A DNA stretch of 64,000 bases from an uncultured Pseudomonadota bacterium (GTDB lineage Bacteria > Oederibacteriota > Muellerivitia > Muellerivitales > Muellerivitaceae), in the NCBI GenBank assembly GCA_963843375.1, contig CAWJKT010000009.1, forward strand, positions 192,001 to 256,000, given 5' to 3'. The notes beneath the pieces are model-generated. The model made no database searches. It was not told where the DNA came from and was given only the letters and a program-made list of their open reading frames with translations. Below, in pieces: positions 11,458-22,341 of this stretch (within the stretch, counting starts at the first letter, position 1; each line of letters opens with the position of its first letter). Both the position numbers and the translations under genes were made by a program.

Positions 11458-12894
11458 TTGGATTACACAATCCTCGTCTTCCTAATTGCGTTAATTGTGA
11501 TCTTCAATGACCTATGGATAAGCGAGGAAACCCGCCCGCCCCATTGGGACATGGGCTGGCATCTTTCCAACAGCCTCGCTTACCTGGACACGCTACATTT
11601 AAGGACCTTTTACAGGCTTTGGACAAATTACCTTTTTTACCCGCCATTTCGCTATTGGACCACTCTCCCTTTTTACCTGGTTTTCGGTAAGACTGTGCGG
11701 GTGGCTGTCGATTCCAACATACTTTTCATCACTCTTTTGGCCTTTTCGATTTACGGCATCGGACGGGAATTGTGGAACCGTTGGACGGGTCTTTTGGCCT
11801 CGGTTTTCATCCTGGCCTCCCCGTTTTATGTTTCACAGTTTAAGGAGTATCAATTGGACGCCCCCCTGGGGGCCATGGTGGCTTTCAGCCTTTATCTCCT
11901 CATTAAAACAAACGATTTCTCTAAAAAAAGAACCTCCCGGTTTTTGGGCCTCTCGCTCGGGCTGGGAATGCTGACGAAGTGGGTGTTCTTTATCTGCATG
12001 GCATTCCCCCTTTTAGATGTTTTTATCCGGATCTGGAGGGAAAAACAAAATTCAAAAAAACAAAACCTCTTAAATTTCAGGGATTCGGCCGTTATCGCTT
12101 CGGTGGTTTCGCTTTTTTTCTGGTACGCCCATCATCCGCCGAAATTGCTTTATGACATGTTTCACTTTAGGATCCAGGGTGATCCGCCCGTTTATTATTG
12201 GTACTCGATTTCATACTATTGGTATCAATTGAGAGGCCAGCTTTACCTGATCCCTTTTTGCCTTTTTATTCTGGGGCTTTTGATAACCCTTTTGTGGAAG
12301 GAAGCGCGGGTCCGGAACCGCCCATTGTTGCTTTTTATCATCGGGAATTATCTCCTTTTCACCCCGCTTCATAAGGATCCGCGTTACACGATGCCAATGC
12401 TTGTGGGCGTATCCTTGATCGCGGTTTTTCCATTAGGCCTTATTAAAAATGGGGCGCTGAAAATGGGGTCATCCCTTTTGCTTTTTTTTTATTGTGTATT
12501 CTCTTTCTATTTCATCAGTTTTGGGCAAGGGGACTTGGTTTTTAAAGGAATAACCATCATGTCCGCCCATGGCTATCTCATCGGCGCGCCTACTCATGAA
12601 AATTGGCACCAGGAAGAAATGGTACAGGCCATCGCCGATTATCCCCCCGGGGAGAGGGAAGTGGCTTTCCAGGGCCCTGAAACGATGTATTTTAACGGTT
12701 GTGGCTTGTCCTATTATTCAAAGAAATATGGTGTTCAAATCAAGTCGATCGAGGAAAGGCCGGCCTTCCTATTGCTGAGAACCACAACCGAACCTTCCGT
12801 ACCCGCGGGTTACCGTTTAATTCAAAGGGACGTTTTGCCCGATGGAAGCCTCGTGGAATTGTGCAAACTAAGCGTCTCTGCGGGTTTGCCATAG
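11458..12894 (+). CDS. ArnT/PMT-like GT-C membrane glycosyltransferase (start uncertain)
   Basis: Polytopic; PPHWD, YPP, LGMLTKW and KDPRY motifs typical of GT39/GT83-like proteins. Confidence 0.72.
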   Translation: MDYTILVFLIALIVIFNDLWISEETRPPHWDMGWHLSNSLAYLDTLHLRTFYRLWTNYLFYPPFRYWTTLPFYLVFGKTVRVAVDSNILFITLLAFSIYGIGRELWNRWTGLLASVFILASPFYVSQFKEYQLDAPLGAMVAFSLYLLIKTNDFSKKRTSRFLGLSLGLGMLTKWVFFICMAFPLLDVFIRIWREKQNSKKQNLLNFRDSAVIASVVSLFFWYAHHPPKLLYDMFHFRIQGDPPVYYWYSISYYWYQLRGQLYLIPFCLFILGLLITLLWKEARVRNRPLLLFIIGNYLLFTPLHKDPRYTMPMLVGVSLIAVFPLGLIKNGALKMGSSLLLFFYCVFSFYFISFGQGDLVFKGITIMSAHGYLIGAPTHENWHQEEMVQAIADYPPGEREVAFQGPETMYFNGCGLSYYSKKYGVQIKSIEERPAFLLLRTTTEPSVPAGYRLIQRDVLPDGSLVELCKLSVSAGLP

Positions 12895-14032
12895 ACAAGT
12901 CTGCAATCCCAAAAGGAAAAACTGAACATTCATGAATTGATGACTGAAGGTGTATTCGGTCAAGCCCCAAACCAGTACAGCGGAAAAGATGCATAAAAAG
13001 ACCCAGTTGAGGTCCTTCCCCTCGGTGCCGTCATATTGATATTTCAGCGCCGCCCGGTAATACCCCGCGATCCAAAAGAAATAGGCCGCCAATCCGATCC
13101 ATCCATTTTGCGCCAGGATTTGCAGAAAGTTGTTGTGGAGATGGGGAATAATCCATTCGGTGGAATTGGGATTACGGTATTTCGGAAAGACGTCTTCCAT
13201 ATTGCCCTGGCCAATTCCCCAGGGATAGTCCTTGATGATTTTAAACCCCGATGTCCAAATGAAAACCCGCTCGTTATTGGCGCTTTGGATTTGATGGTCT
13301 TTTCCGAAATGAATCCATAGATCGCCGATGCTTTTGATTCGGTCTTGGAGGCTTGAGGGCAAACAAAAGGGAAGAATTCCCAGGATGACCACCCCCGCCA
13401 GCAGCCATTTCTTATTGAAACGCCAAGCGCACAAAACAAATCCGACAATCAAGCCTAGCCAAGCGCCTCGGGTTTGGGTCAGGAGCAGGGCGGTTCCCAA
13501 AAGGGGGAACATAGCCCACCATTTGATGTTACGGGGATTATTTTTTAAGAAAAAAGCCAAAATAAGAAGAGAAACCATTAAAAGGCCGCCGAAAACCATT
13601 TTGTCTCCGGAAAAAGAATCGATCCTGTCTTGATGAAGAATAAAGTGTTTACCGATTCCAAAAATGGCACAAACGGAAGCGCCGTAAAGGAAGGCCGACA
13701 ATATCTTTTCCATTTCCTTGAAATCCAAGGCCATGGCCCCGACGGGAAAGATCATGAGAAAGGTCAGGTATTTATGGACGGTGTGGAAAGCTATTAGCGG
13801 GGTTTACGCCTAAAATGGCTCCAAGAAAAAAAGTGAACAGAAAAACCAACGTTGCGAAGGGAAAAAGTCCCTTGGGCCACTCGATTTTTTTTTTGTCCTT
13901 ATAGTGGATGAAAAGAAAAAAGGCTATCGCAATCCAAATGATATTTTGCAACGAGATCGAAGCGACCGAAGTGGCCGCGAAAGCTAGAAGCAGCCAAAAT
14001 AGAGGCCGGGTGTAGGAAAGTTGGTTTTCCAT
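12868..14032 (-). CDS. O-antigen ligase (WaaL/Wzy_C) family protein (frameshift near 13770)
   Basis: TQTRGAWLG, R..IW..G, GIGQGN and HLHNNFLQILAQNG motifs; N-terminus is in the upstream 94-aa ORF. Confidence 0.85.
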
Positions 14033-14098
14033 CGGTTTGATTATAAAACCCCACAACCTTCTTCGGTTAAAAAACCCATAAAATAGGCCGCTTGTTCG

Positions 14099-14127
14099 TT
14101 GACAGGCCTATCCTTCAATGTTTAAAT
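14099..14127 (+). promoter_or_regulatory. Putative sigma70 promoter upstream of the ABC ATPase
   Basis: TTGACA-17 bp-TTAAAT. Confidence 0.5.
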
Positions 14128-14287
14128 AACGGTGCTTTTGGTCGTCCGCCCCGCTGAAAACGGTTTTTTGCCGAAGCGGGATTCCCTCGGGGAGCGGTGG
14201 AAATAAGTGCCGGCGGCGAATTTGGTTCTGATCCGTTCCCGTGTTTTGCTTGAGACGGATCGGTTCCTGGTCATGGAGGATATTTAA

Positions 14288-15394
14288 ATGGCGAAAGTTG
14301 TCCTTAAAAGCGTGAATAAGGTTTACGCGAATAATGTCGTCGCGGTAAACAACGTAAATATCGAGATTGCCGATAAGGAATTTTTAGTTCTCGTGGGTCC
14401 CTCGGGTTGCGGGAAATCTACCACCCTTCGCATGGTCGCTGGCTTGGAAGAACTCTCCGGCGGTGAGATTCGTATTGACGATGTCCTAGTGAACGATGTC
14501 CCCCCCAAAGATCGCGATATCGCGATGGTCTTTCAAAATTACGCTTTGTATCCCCACATGACCGTGTTCGACAATATGGCTTTCGGGTTGAAACTTCGTA
14601 AGTATCCCAAGGAAGAAATCAAACAGCGGGTTTACGAGGCAGCCAATATTTTGGGCATTCAGGAATTGTTGAACCGCCGTCCCAAAGAACTCTCCGGCGG
14701 CCAAAGGCAGCGCGTGGCGGTTGGAAGGGCGATTGTCCGTAAACCTAAGGTTTTCCTTTTCGACGAGCCTCTTTCAAACCTGGACGCCAAGTTGCGGGTT
14801 CAGATGCGAGCCGAAATCTCCAAACTTCATACCCGCCTCCAGGCGACCATGATTTACGTTACGCACGACCAGTTGGAAGCCATGACCATGGGTGACCGGA
14901 TCGCAGTCATGAAGGACGGCTATGTCCAGCAAATTGCCGATCCCATCACTCTTTACGAAAAACCCGTCAATAAATTCGTGGCAGGTTTTATCGGAACTCC
15001 CGCCATGAATTTCATGGAAGGCACACTTAATAAGAAGCGAATGGGAATTTATTTCAACGAGGAAAACTTTGAAATTAAGCTTCCGGATAGTTTCGTCCCC
15101 TTAGTGGAGGGTCATGTCGGTCGGGAAGTCATCCTGGGGGTCCGACCGGAGGACATTCACGATAAGATGGACGCCGCCAACGCTTCTCCCGACAATACCA
15201 TCAGCGCCACGGTTGAGATTATCGAGCCTTTGGGCGCGGAAGCGTATCTCTACTTGACGACGGGCAAGAGTCCCTTTATCGCGAAGGTCGACAGTCATGA
15301 GCAAATTGAGATCAACCAGGATATTGAGTTGGTTTTCAATATGCAGAAGGCCCATATTTTCGATAAAGAAACGGAAAAGTGCCTCACTAATTGA
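14288..15394 (+). CDS. Sugar ABC transporter ATP-binding protein (MalK/UgpC/MsmX family)
   Basis: GPSGCGKST, VFQNYALYPHM, LSGGQRQRVA and DEPLSNLD motifs plus TOBE-like C-terminus. Confidence 0.95.
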   Translation: MAKVVLKSVNKVYANNVVAVNNVNIEIADKEFLVLVGPSGCGKSTTLRMVAGLEELSGGEIRIDDVLVNDVPPKDRDIAMVFQNYALYPHMTVFDNMAFGLKLRKYPKEEIKQRVYEAANILGIQELLNRRPKELSGGQRQRVAVGRAIVRKPKVFLFDEPLSNLDAKLRVQMRAEISKLHTRLQATMIYVTHDQLEAMTMGDRIAVMKDGYVQQIADPITLYEKPVNKFVAGFIGTPAMNFMEGTLNKKRMGIYFNEENFEIKLPDSFVPLVEGHVGREVILGVRPEDIHDKMDAANASPDNTISATVEIIEPLGAEAYLYLTTGKSPFIAKVDSHEQIEINQDIELVFNMQKAHIFDKETEKCLTN

Positions 15395-15423
15395 CGTCGT
15401 GATTTTTTCTGCGGGTTTATTCC

Positions 15424-15455
15424 AAAAACCGGGGCGGCATTCCGCTCCGGTTTTT
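15424..15455 (+). terminator. Rho-independent terminator-like hairpin
   Basis: AAAAACCGGGGCGG-catt-CCGCTCCGGTTTTT right after the ABC ATPase gene. Confidence 0.7.
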
Positions 15456-15505
15456 GAGTTTTATGATAAATTTGACCTCTCTGAGCGTCGCGCTAAGGAG
15501 TATTC

Positions 15506-16811
15506 ATGAAAATCGCGGTGGTTGGAACTGGCTACGTAGGATTGGTCACTGGGGCTTGTTTCGCGGACTTGGGCAACATCGTGACCTGCGTGGACGTGGA
15601 CCGGGAGAAAATCCAACGACTTAAAAAAGGTCATGTCCCGCTTTTCGAGCCCGGCCTTGAAGAGATCATCCAGCGCAATCGCGGAAAAAGGCTTTTTTTT
15701 ACCACTGATTTATCCAAGGCCGTCCAAACCTCGGACTTTATTTTCATCGCCGTCAGCACTCCTGCGGGAAAAAGCGGGGAAGCCGATATCTTTAATGTCA
15801 AGGCGGTGGCCCTAGGGATAGCCAAATCCATCCATAAATACAAAATCATCATCAATAAAAGCACCGTGCCCATCGGCATGGGAGATATCGTCACCCAAAT
15901 CATCATCAAGCATGGCCCAAAGGATGTTTCATTTGACGTTGTTTCCAATCCCGAGTTTCTCAGGGAAGGCTCGGCGGTGGCCGACCTCCTTCGGCCCGAA
16001 AGGGTTGTCATCGGCGCCACCCGGCGCACCGCGGCCCAAAAGGTGGCGGAGATTTACAAGCCGCTCCATTGCCCCATCCTGATCACGGATTTAAAGAGCG
16101 CGGAAATGATCAAATACGCTTCCAACGCTTTTCTCGCAACCAAAATTTCTTTTATTAACGAAATCGCCAATCTCTGCGACAAGGTGGGGGCGGATGTCCT
16201 GCAGGTTACTCGGGGCATGAGTTACGATTCCCGGATTGGAGGCCAGTTTTTTAATCCGGGTTTGGGATTCGGAGGAAGTTGTTTTCCCAAGGATGTGGCC
16301 GCTTTGATCCATATCGGCAAGTCAAACCGATACCCTTTTCGAATCCTTCCCGACGTTCTGGAGATCAATGAAAACCAGAGGGTTTTGTTCGTGCAAAAGA
16401 TCCAAAAGACTTTGGGGAATTTAAAGGGTAAGACCCTGGCGATTTGGGGACTCTCATTTAAACCCAATACGGACGATATGCGAGAGGCGCCTTCCCTCAC
16501 GATTCTTCCTTCTCTTGCCGCTAAAGGGGCCAAAATCCGGGCTTACGACCCGGTTTCCATGGGCAAGGCCCGGAAGCTGTTTAAAAAGGTGAAATTCTGC
16601 TGAGACTGCTTATGAGGCCGCCCAGGGCGCGGACGCCGTTCTGATCCTAACGGAATGGAATGAATTTAAGCAGATTGATTTCCAAAAATTAAAGATCATC
16701 GTCCAGCAGCCAATCATCATAGACGGACGGAATATGTATGAAGCGCAGGAGATGGCGGAGAAGGGTTTTACCTATCACGGTATGGGGCGGGGCGAGGTTT
16801 CGCAGTTTTGA
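15506..16811 (+). CDS. ugd: UDP-glucose 6-dehydrogenase (1-nt indel near 16601)
   Basis: GTGYVG, SNPEFLREG, KYASNAFLA and GFGGSCFPKD; C-terminus (ADAVLILTEW...DGRN) continues in a shifted frame to TGA at 16811. Confidence 0.92.
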
Positions 16812-16881
16812 ACCTTGAGTGTTTACGTTCGTCTATTGGCCGTCCGGCAGGTGCTAAGAGTTGGTTTGCGGGAGTTTCCAA

Positions 16882-17752
16882 GTGAAAATCGCTTTATTGG
16901 GTTCTACCGGGATGCTGGGTTCAAAGACCGCCGAATTTTTTAAAACTCGGGGTCATGAACTTTTGACCCCGAATCATTCCGACGCCGATTTGAGATATCC
17001 CCATACCCTTGAGAAATTTTTTCAAACCAATTCCTTCGAGGCGCTCATCAATTGCGCCGGATTCACCCGTGTGGACGCTTGCGAGGAGCCGTCCAAGTTT
17101 TCCATGGCCCTCAATACCAATGGGACTTCCGTTGGATGGCTGGCCCAATTTTGCAAAAAATCGAAAAGAATTCTTGTCCATTATTCCACGGATTATGTTT
17201 TCAACGGCTTGAAGGACAAGCCCTATGAGGAATCCGATCCCACCGACCCGCTCAATGTTTATGGGAAAACCAAACGGCAGGGTGAGAAGCTGATCGAAAT
17301 GGAAAAACCCGTTTTATTACCTTATCCGTTCTTCCTGGGTATTTGGGCCCCATGGGGATAATTTCGTCAATAAGATCGCGGGGCTTTTGAAAACACGACC
17401 TCGCTTGGAAGTGGTTTCCGACCAGGTAGGGGGGCCCACTTACACGGCTGATTTAGCTCAATTCACCCTTGAACTATTAGAAAAGAAGGCGGATCCCGGA
17501 CTTTACCATTTCGCCAACGATGGATATGTTTCCTGGTATGCCTTTGCCAAGGAAATTCAAAAACAGTTGGGGTTGTCCTCTTGTGAAATTGTTTCGGTTT
17601 TAAGTGAAAAGGTGTTCCGGCCTGCCGAGCGCCCCGCCAATTCCCGTTTCGACCTGAACAGGTCGGTCAAGGCCTTGGGACATCCCATCCGTTCATGGCA
17701 AGAAGCTTTAAGGGAATATTTGACGAAGGAATATAAAAGTGAAACGGCTTGA
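16882..17752 (+). CDS. rmlD: dTDP-4-dehydrorhamnose reductase (frameshifted)
   Basis: GSTGMLG, INCAGFTRVD, STDYVF, YGKTK, DQVGGPT and RPANS motifs. Confidence 0.9.
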
Positions 17753-18509
17753 ACTCTCGGTGGTCATCCCCGTCTATAACGAAGAATCCCGGGTGGGAGA
17801 AACCCTGGAATATTCCTTGGTCTACCTGAAAAAAAAGAAAATCCGGTCTGAAATCCTGGTGGTGGATGACGGCTCAAAGGATAAAACCCTCGAAGTGGTC
17901 AGAAAGTTTAAGACGTAAAGCCGGCGGAGGCATTGCCGTAAAAATTCTCAAGCACGAGATGAACCGGGGCAAGGGAGCCGCCGTTCAAACCGGGGCCCTG
18001 GCCGCCAAGGGCGAGACAATTCTTTTCATGGATGCGGACAACGCTACTCCTCTTTCCGAATTTGATAAATTTAGGCCTCTATTGAAAGAAGGGATCGAGG
18101 TGATCGTGGGAAGCCGGGCGGTCAACCGGAAAGAAGTTAAGATTCCCCAGCCCCTTTACCGCCAGGCTTTGGGAAGGCTGGCCAACTTGTTGATCCAGTT
18201 AATGGTGGTTCCGGGCATCTGGGACACCCAATGTGGTTTTAAGGCCTTTATCTCGAAATGCGTCCCGTCGCATATTTCCGCTTCAAACGATTAAACGTTT
18301 CGGTTTCGATTTTGAACTGCTTTTTCTCGCTCATAAGCTGGGTTTTTCCATGAGGGAAATCTCAGTGCAGTGGTTCAATTCTCCCAATTCCAAAGTGCAG
18401 GATGGGGGATTATGTCCTGACCTTCATCGAGCTTATTTCCATCCGCTGGAACGATCTCAAGGGACGCTACGAGCCCGAACTCTCCGGCGAAATAAGGACT
18501 ATCCCTTGA
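17739..18509 (+). CDS. GT2 dolichyl-phosphate glucosyltransferase-like protein (frameshifted)
   Basis: SVVIPVYNEE, VDDGS, NRGKGAAV, MDAD, DTQCGFK and FDFE motifs. Confidence 0.85.
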
Positions 18510-19951
18510 AGTCCACCCCGACCAGGCGGCGCTCGCCGGATAGCCCATAACACCTTTTTTCTAGGGCTTAGTGAGATCGCGGCCCGTTTTTCCACTTGGG
18601 CCCTCATCGCTTTTTTGGGACGCCATTGGGCGGTTTCCCTTTACGGCCAATACGCGGTGGCGGTCAATTGGGTGGCCATTTTCGCGGTGGCCGGCGAATT
18701 GGGTTTGAATGCACTCACGGTCCGGGAGGTGGCCCACCGAAGGGGTAAAGCCTCATTTTTCCTTCGGCACGTTCTGGTCCTTCGATCCTCATTCTCCCTT
18801 CTCTTCTGGGGGCTTCTCATCGGGATTTCCCTGATGCTTCATTATGAACCCCTTCTCATCATTGGCGATGGGGGTTATGGGATTGCGGCTCATCCTGGAT
18901 TCGATGGAAGGGGGTTATGTTTATCTTTTCCAAGCCCACCAAGAAATGGGGCCCTACGCCCTGGTGAACATCTTGGGCGCGGCCATCCGGCTGGTCGGGA
19001 TTATCCTGGTCGTGTCGGCGGGGGCGCAGATCGTCGGGGCTGGTTCAATATGGGTGCTGGCGAGCGCGGTAGCACTCCTGGTGATGATGTTCCTCGGTCA
19101 TAAAAGGGGATGGAAACCCGGTCTGAAAGAATACCGTTTAAACGATTCCTGGAATGTTCTGAAGATGGCTTTTCCCTTGGCCACCTTCGGCGCATTACAA
19201 ACTCTTTATTACCGGGTGGATTCGGTCATCCTGAAAAGCTTTTCGGGCAACGAAGCGGTCGGTTTTTACGACATGGCGACGAGGGTTTTATTGTTCGCCT
19301 TGGCTCTTTCCCAACTTTACTCCCAGGCGGTTTACCCGGTTTTTTCATCAGTTCAGGACAAACCCCGCGATTTCGGACGGTTGGCCTTTAAGTGTGTTAA
19401 GTTTCTTTTCTTCCTCGGCCTTCCAATGACCGTGGGTGGATACTTTTTGGCGGGCCCTCTTTTGGTCCTGATTGCGGGCCCGCAATATGTTCCCTCGGGC
19501 CCGGCTTTTGCCGTCCTGGCCCTATCCATTCTTCCTTTTTTCATCGCCAATATTTACGTGGATATCCTGGCGGTAAAGAACACGGCCCGCCTCAACTTCC
19601 AATTCATCCTTCTGTTCTTTCCTGAACGTGGTCCTGAATTTTATCCTTATCCCTCGTTGGCAATTCGTGGGGGCGGCTTGGGCAACGGTTATCTGCGAAT
19701 ATTTGGGTGTATTCCTGGGGTTTGCCCTGGCGGCGCCTTACCTGAGACAAATGGGGAAGGTTTCGTGGCGGAGACCTCTGTGGGGTTCTTTGGCGGCCAG
19801 TTTGGTCATGGGATTGGGGCCTTATTATTCACCCCATCTTTATTGGCTTGTCTTGGGACCGATTGTTTATGCTATAGGCCTCTATTTGTTCAAAGCTCTT
19901 GAGGCCGAGGATTGGGCGAGTTTAAGGTCGATCCTGCGAATTTCAAATTAA
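18506..19951 (+). CDS. Wzx-type polysaccharide flippase (frameshifted)
   Basis: Polytopic; LYYRVDSVIL, AVGFY and NFILIP..GAAWAT motifs across three frames. Confidence 0.85.
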
Positions 19952-19960
19952 GGAAATGGA

Positions 19961-21094
19961 ATGAAGCTCAAAGTTCTTTCGATCTTTGGAACCCGGCCCG
20001 AGGCCATCAAGATGGCTCCCGTCGTGGAGCGTCTTAAGACCGCAAAAGGCATCCAATCCTACGTTTGCGTGACTGCCCAGCACCGGCACATGCTGGATCA
20101 GGTTTTGGACCTCTTCAAAATCAAACCCGACTATGACCTGAACCTGATGAAACCCGGGCAAGACTTGACTGATATCACGACAGGGGTTTTGGTCGGTTTG
20201 AGGCCGGTTCTGAAAAAATTAAAGCCCGACCTGATCCTTGCCCAAGGGGACACCACGACGGTTTTCGCGGCTTCGTTGGCGGCCTTTTATGAAAAAATCC
20301 CAATGGGTCACGTGGAAGCCGGACTTCGCACTGGCAATGTCTTCTCGCCCTGGCCTGAGGAAATGAACCGCAAACTGGCCACCGCCATCGCCCGCCTTCA
20401 TTTCGCACCGACTCCAAAGGCCAAGGCCAATCTTTTGAGGGAAGGCGTTCCATCAAAAAACATTTTCGTGACAGGGAATACGGTCATTGACGCCCTTTTG
20501 GAAGTCGTGGCAAGGCTTAAGAAAAATCCAAATCTTCATAAGGTCCTCGCCAAGCGGTTTCCTTACCTGGATTCAAAACGCAAGCTCATCCTGGTCACCG
20601 GCCACCGGCGGGAGAACTTCGGGAAGGGTTTCGAGGATATCTGCCAGGCCCTTGGCGATTTGGCCCAAAGGAAGGATGTTCAGATCCTCTATCCGGTTCA
20701 TTTGAATCCTAACGTCCAGGCGCCGGTCAAACGTATCCTTTCCAACAACCCCCGTGTGCATCTTATTGAGCCCCAGGATTATTTACCCTTTGTGTTTTTA
20801 ATGAGCCGCGCCTATCTTATCCTCACCGACTCGGGCGGCGTGCAGGAAGAGGCGCCATCTCTGGGAAAACCCGTCCTGGTCATGCGGAATACCACCGAGC
20901 GACCCGAAGCCGTTGAAGCGGGGACCGTCCTGTTGGTAGGGACAGACCGAGGAAAAATCGTCAAGGAATCCCAAAGGCTACTGGACGAACCCAGGCGGTA
21001 CCAAAAGATGACCCGCGCCCACAATCCTTATGGTGATGGCCATGCTTCCGAAAGAATTGTGAAACATATCGTGAAATTCGGAGCTTTTCATTGA
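19961..21094 (+). CDS. wecB: UDP-N-acetylglucosamine 2-epimerase (non-hydrolysing)
   Basis: [28 protein letters not shown] and [10 protein letters not shown]. Confidence 0.96.
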   Translation: MKLKVLSIFGTRPEAIKMAPVVERLKTAKGIQSYVCVTAQHRHMLDQVLDLFKIKPDYDLNLMKPGQDLTDITTGVLVGLRPVLKKLKPDLILAQGDTTTVFAASLAAFYEKIPMGHVEAGLRTGNVFSPWPEEMNRKLATAIARLHFAPTPKAKANLLREGVPSKNIFVTGNTVIDALLEVVARLKKNPNLHKVLAKRFPYLDSKRKLILVTGHRRENFGKGFEDICQALGDLAQRKDVQILYPVHLNPNVQAPVKRILSNNPRVHLIEPQDYLPFVFLMSRAYLILTDSGGVQEEAPSLGKPVLVMRNTTERPEAVEAGTVLLVGTDRGKIVKESQRLLDEPRRYQKMTRAHNPYGDGHASERIVKHIVKFGAFH

Positions 21095-22341
21095 AACTGG
21101 CCTTTAACAAGATATCGGTCATTGGTCTGGGCTACATCGGCCTGCCGACGGCGGCCACCCTGGCAAGCCGGGGGGCGGAGGTCACTGGCGTGGACGTGAA
21201 CCCCAAGGCAGTCGAAGCCATCAACCGGGGCCAAATCCATATCGTTGAACCGGACCTGGATGCTGTCGTACGCCAGGTTGTGGCGGCCGGCAAGCTAAAG
21301 GCCGTTTCCAAGCCCGAACCGGCGGAAGCTTTTATCATTGCGGTTCCGACTCCATTTAAGGGTCAACATGAACCGGATCTTTCCTATATTGAAGCGGCGG
21401 CCAATTCTATCGCCCCAGTGCTGGTCAAGGGTAACTTGGTCATCCTGGAATCCACTTCGCCGGTAGGGGCCACCGAAAAACTCTCCCTTTGGCTTTCCGA
21501 AGCACGAAAAGACCTATCCTTTCCCCATCAAAAGGGAGGTGACTCCGATATTCGTATTGCCTATTGTCCGGAAAGGGTCCTTCCAGGACACGTCTTGAAG
21601 GAAATCGTGGAAAATGATCGGGTCATCGGGGGATTGAGCGACTCCTGTTCCGAGAAGGCAAAGTCTCTTTATAAGATTTTCGTCCAGGGCGAATGTCTGG
21701 TGACCAACGCCCGAACCGCTGAGATGTGCAAGTTGACCGAAAACGCTTACCGGGACGTCAATATCGCCTTCGCCAATGAACTTTCCCTCATTTGTGAGAA
21801 GCTCAATATCAACGTGTGGGATTTGGTGCAATTGGCCAACCACCACCCCCGTGTCAAGATTCTCCAACCGGGCCCGGGCGTGGGCGGGCATTGCATCGCG
21901 GTGGATCCCTGGTTCATCGTGGATTCGGCGCCCGAACTGGCCCGGCTCATTAAGACTTCACGGGAAGTAAATGACGGGAAGCCACACCATGTGGTTGCCC
22001 TGGTGAAGGAAGCGGTCACGAATTTGAAGAACCCTACGATCGCCTGCCTGGGACTGGCCTTCAAAGCGGACATCGATGATCTGCGGGAATCGCCCGCGAT
22101 GGATATCACCCATCAACTGGCGCAGGAAAAGGTTGGAAAGCTTTTGGTGGTCGAACCCCACGTGGAGATCCTGCCTCCCTCCCTTTCCTCTTTCCCCAAC
22201 GTTCAACTGGTAGAACTGGATGAGGCTCTGAAACAATCCCAAGTAGTGCTGCTCCTTGTCAACCACCGGCCATTCTATGATGTGAGCCGCAAGGTATTGG
22301 AGGGCAAGAAAGTCATCGACACCCGGGGGGTCTGGCGGTGA
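21091..22341 (+). CDS. wecC: UDP-N-acetyl-D-mannosamine dehydrogenase
   Basis: [29 protein letters not shown] and DDLRESP; follows wecB. Confidence 0.94.
   Translation: MKLAFNKISVIGLGYIGLPTAATLASRGAEVTGVDVNPKAVEAINRGQIHIVEPDLDAVVRQVVAAGKLKAVSKPEPAEAFIIAVPTPFKGQHEPDLSYIEAAANSIAPVLVKGNLVILESTSPVGATEKLSLWLSEARKDLSFPHQKGGDSDIRIAYCPERVLPGHVLKEIVENDRVIGGLSDSCSEKAKSLYKIFVQGECLVTNARTAEMCKLTENAYRDVNIAFANELSLICEKLNINVWDLVQLANHHPRVKILQPGPGVGGHCIAVDPWFIVDSAPELARLIKTSREVNDGKPHHVVALVKEAVTNLKNPTIACLGLAFKADIDDLRESPAMDITHQLAQEKVGKLLVVEPHVEILPPSLSSFPNVQLVELDEALKQSQVVLLLVNHRPFYDVSRKVLEGKKVIDTRGVWR

Noticed and set aside
16601..16603. TGA in ugd as a selenocysteine or readthrough codon
   Set aside because: The downstream homologous sequence is in a different frame, so this is an indel rather than recoding.
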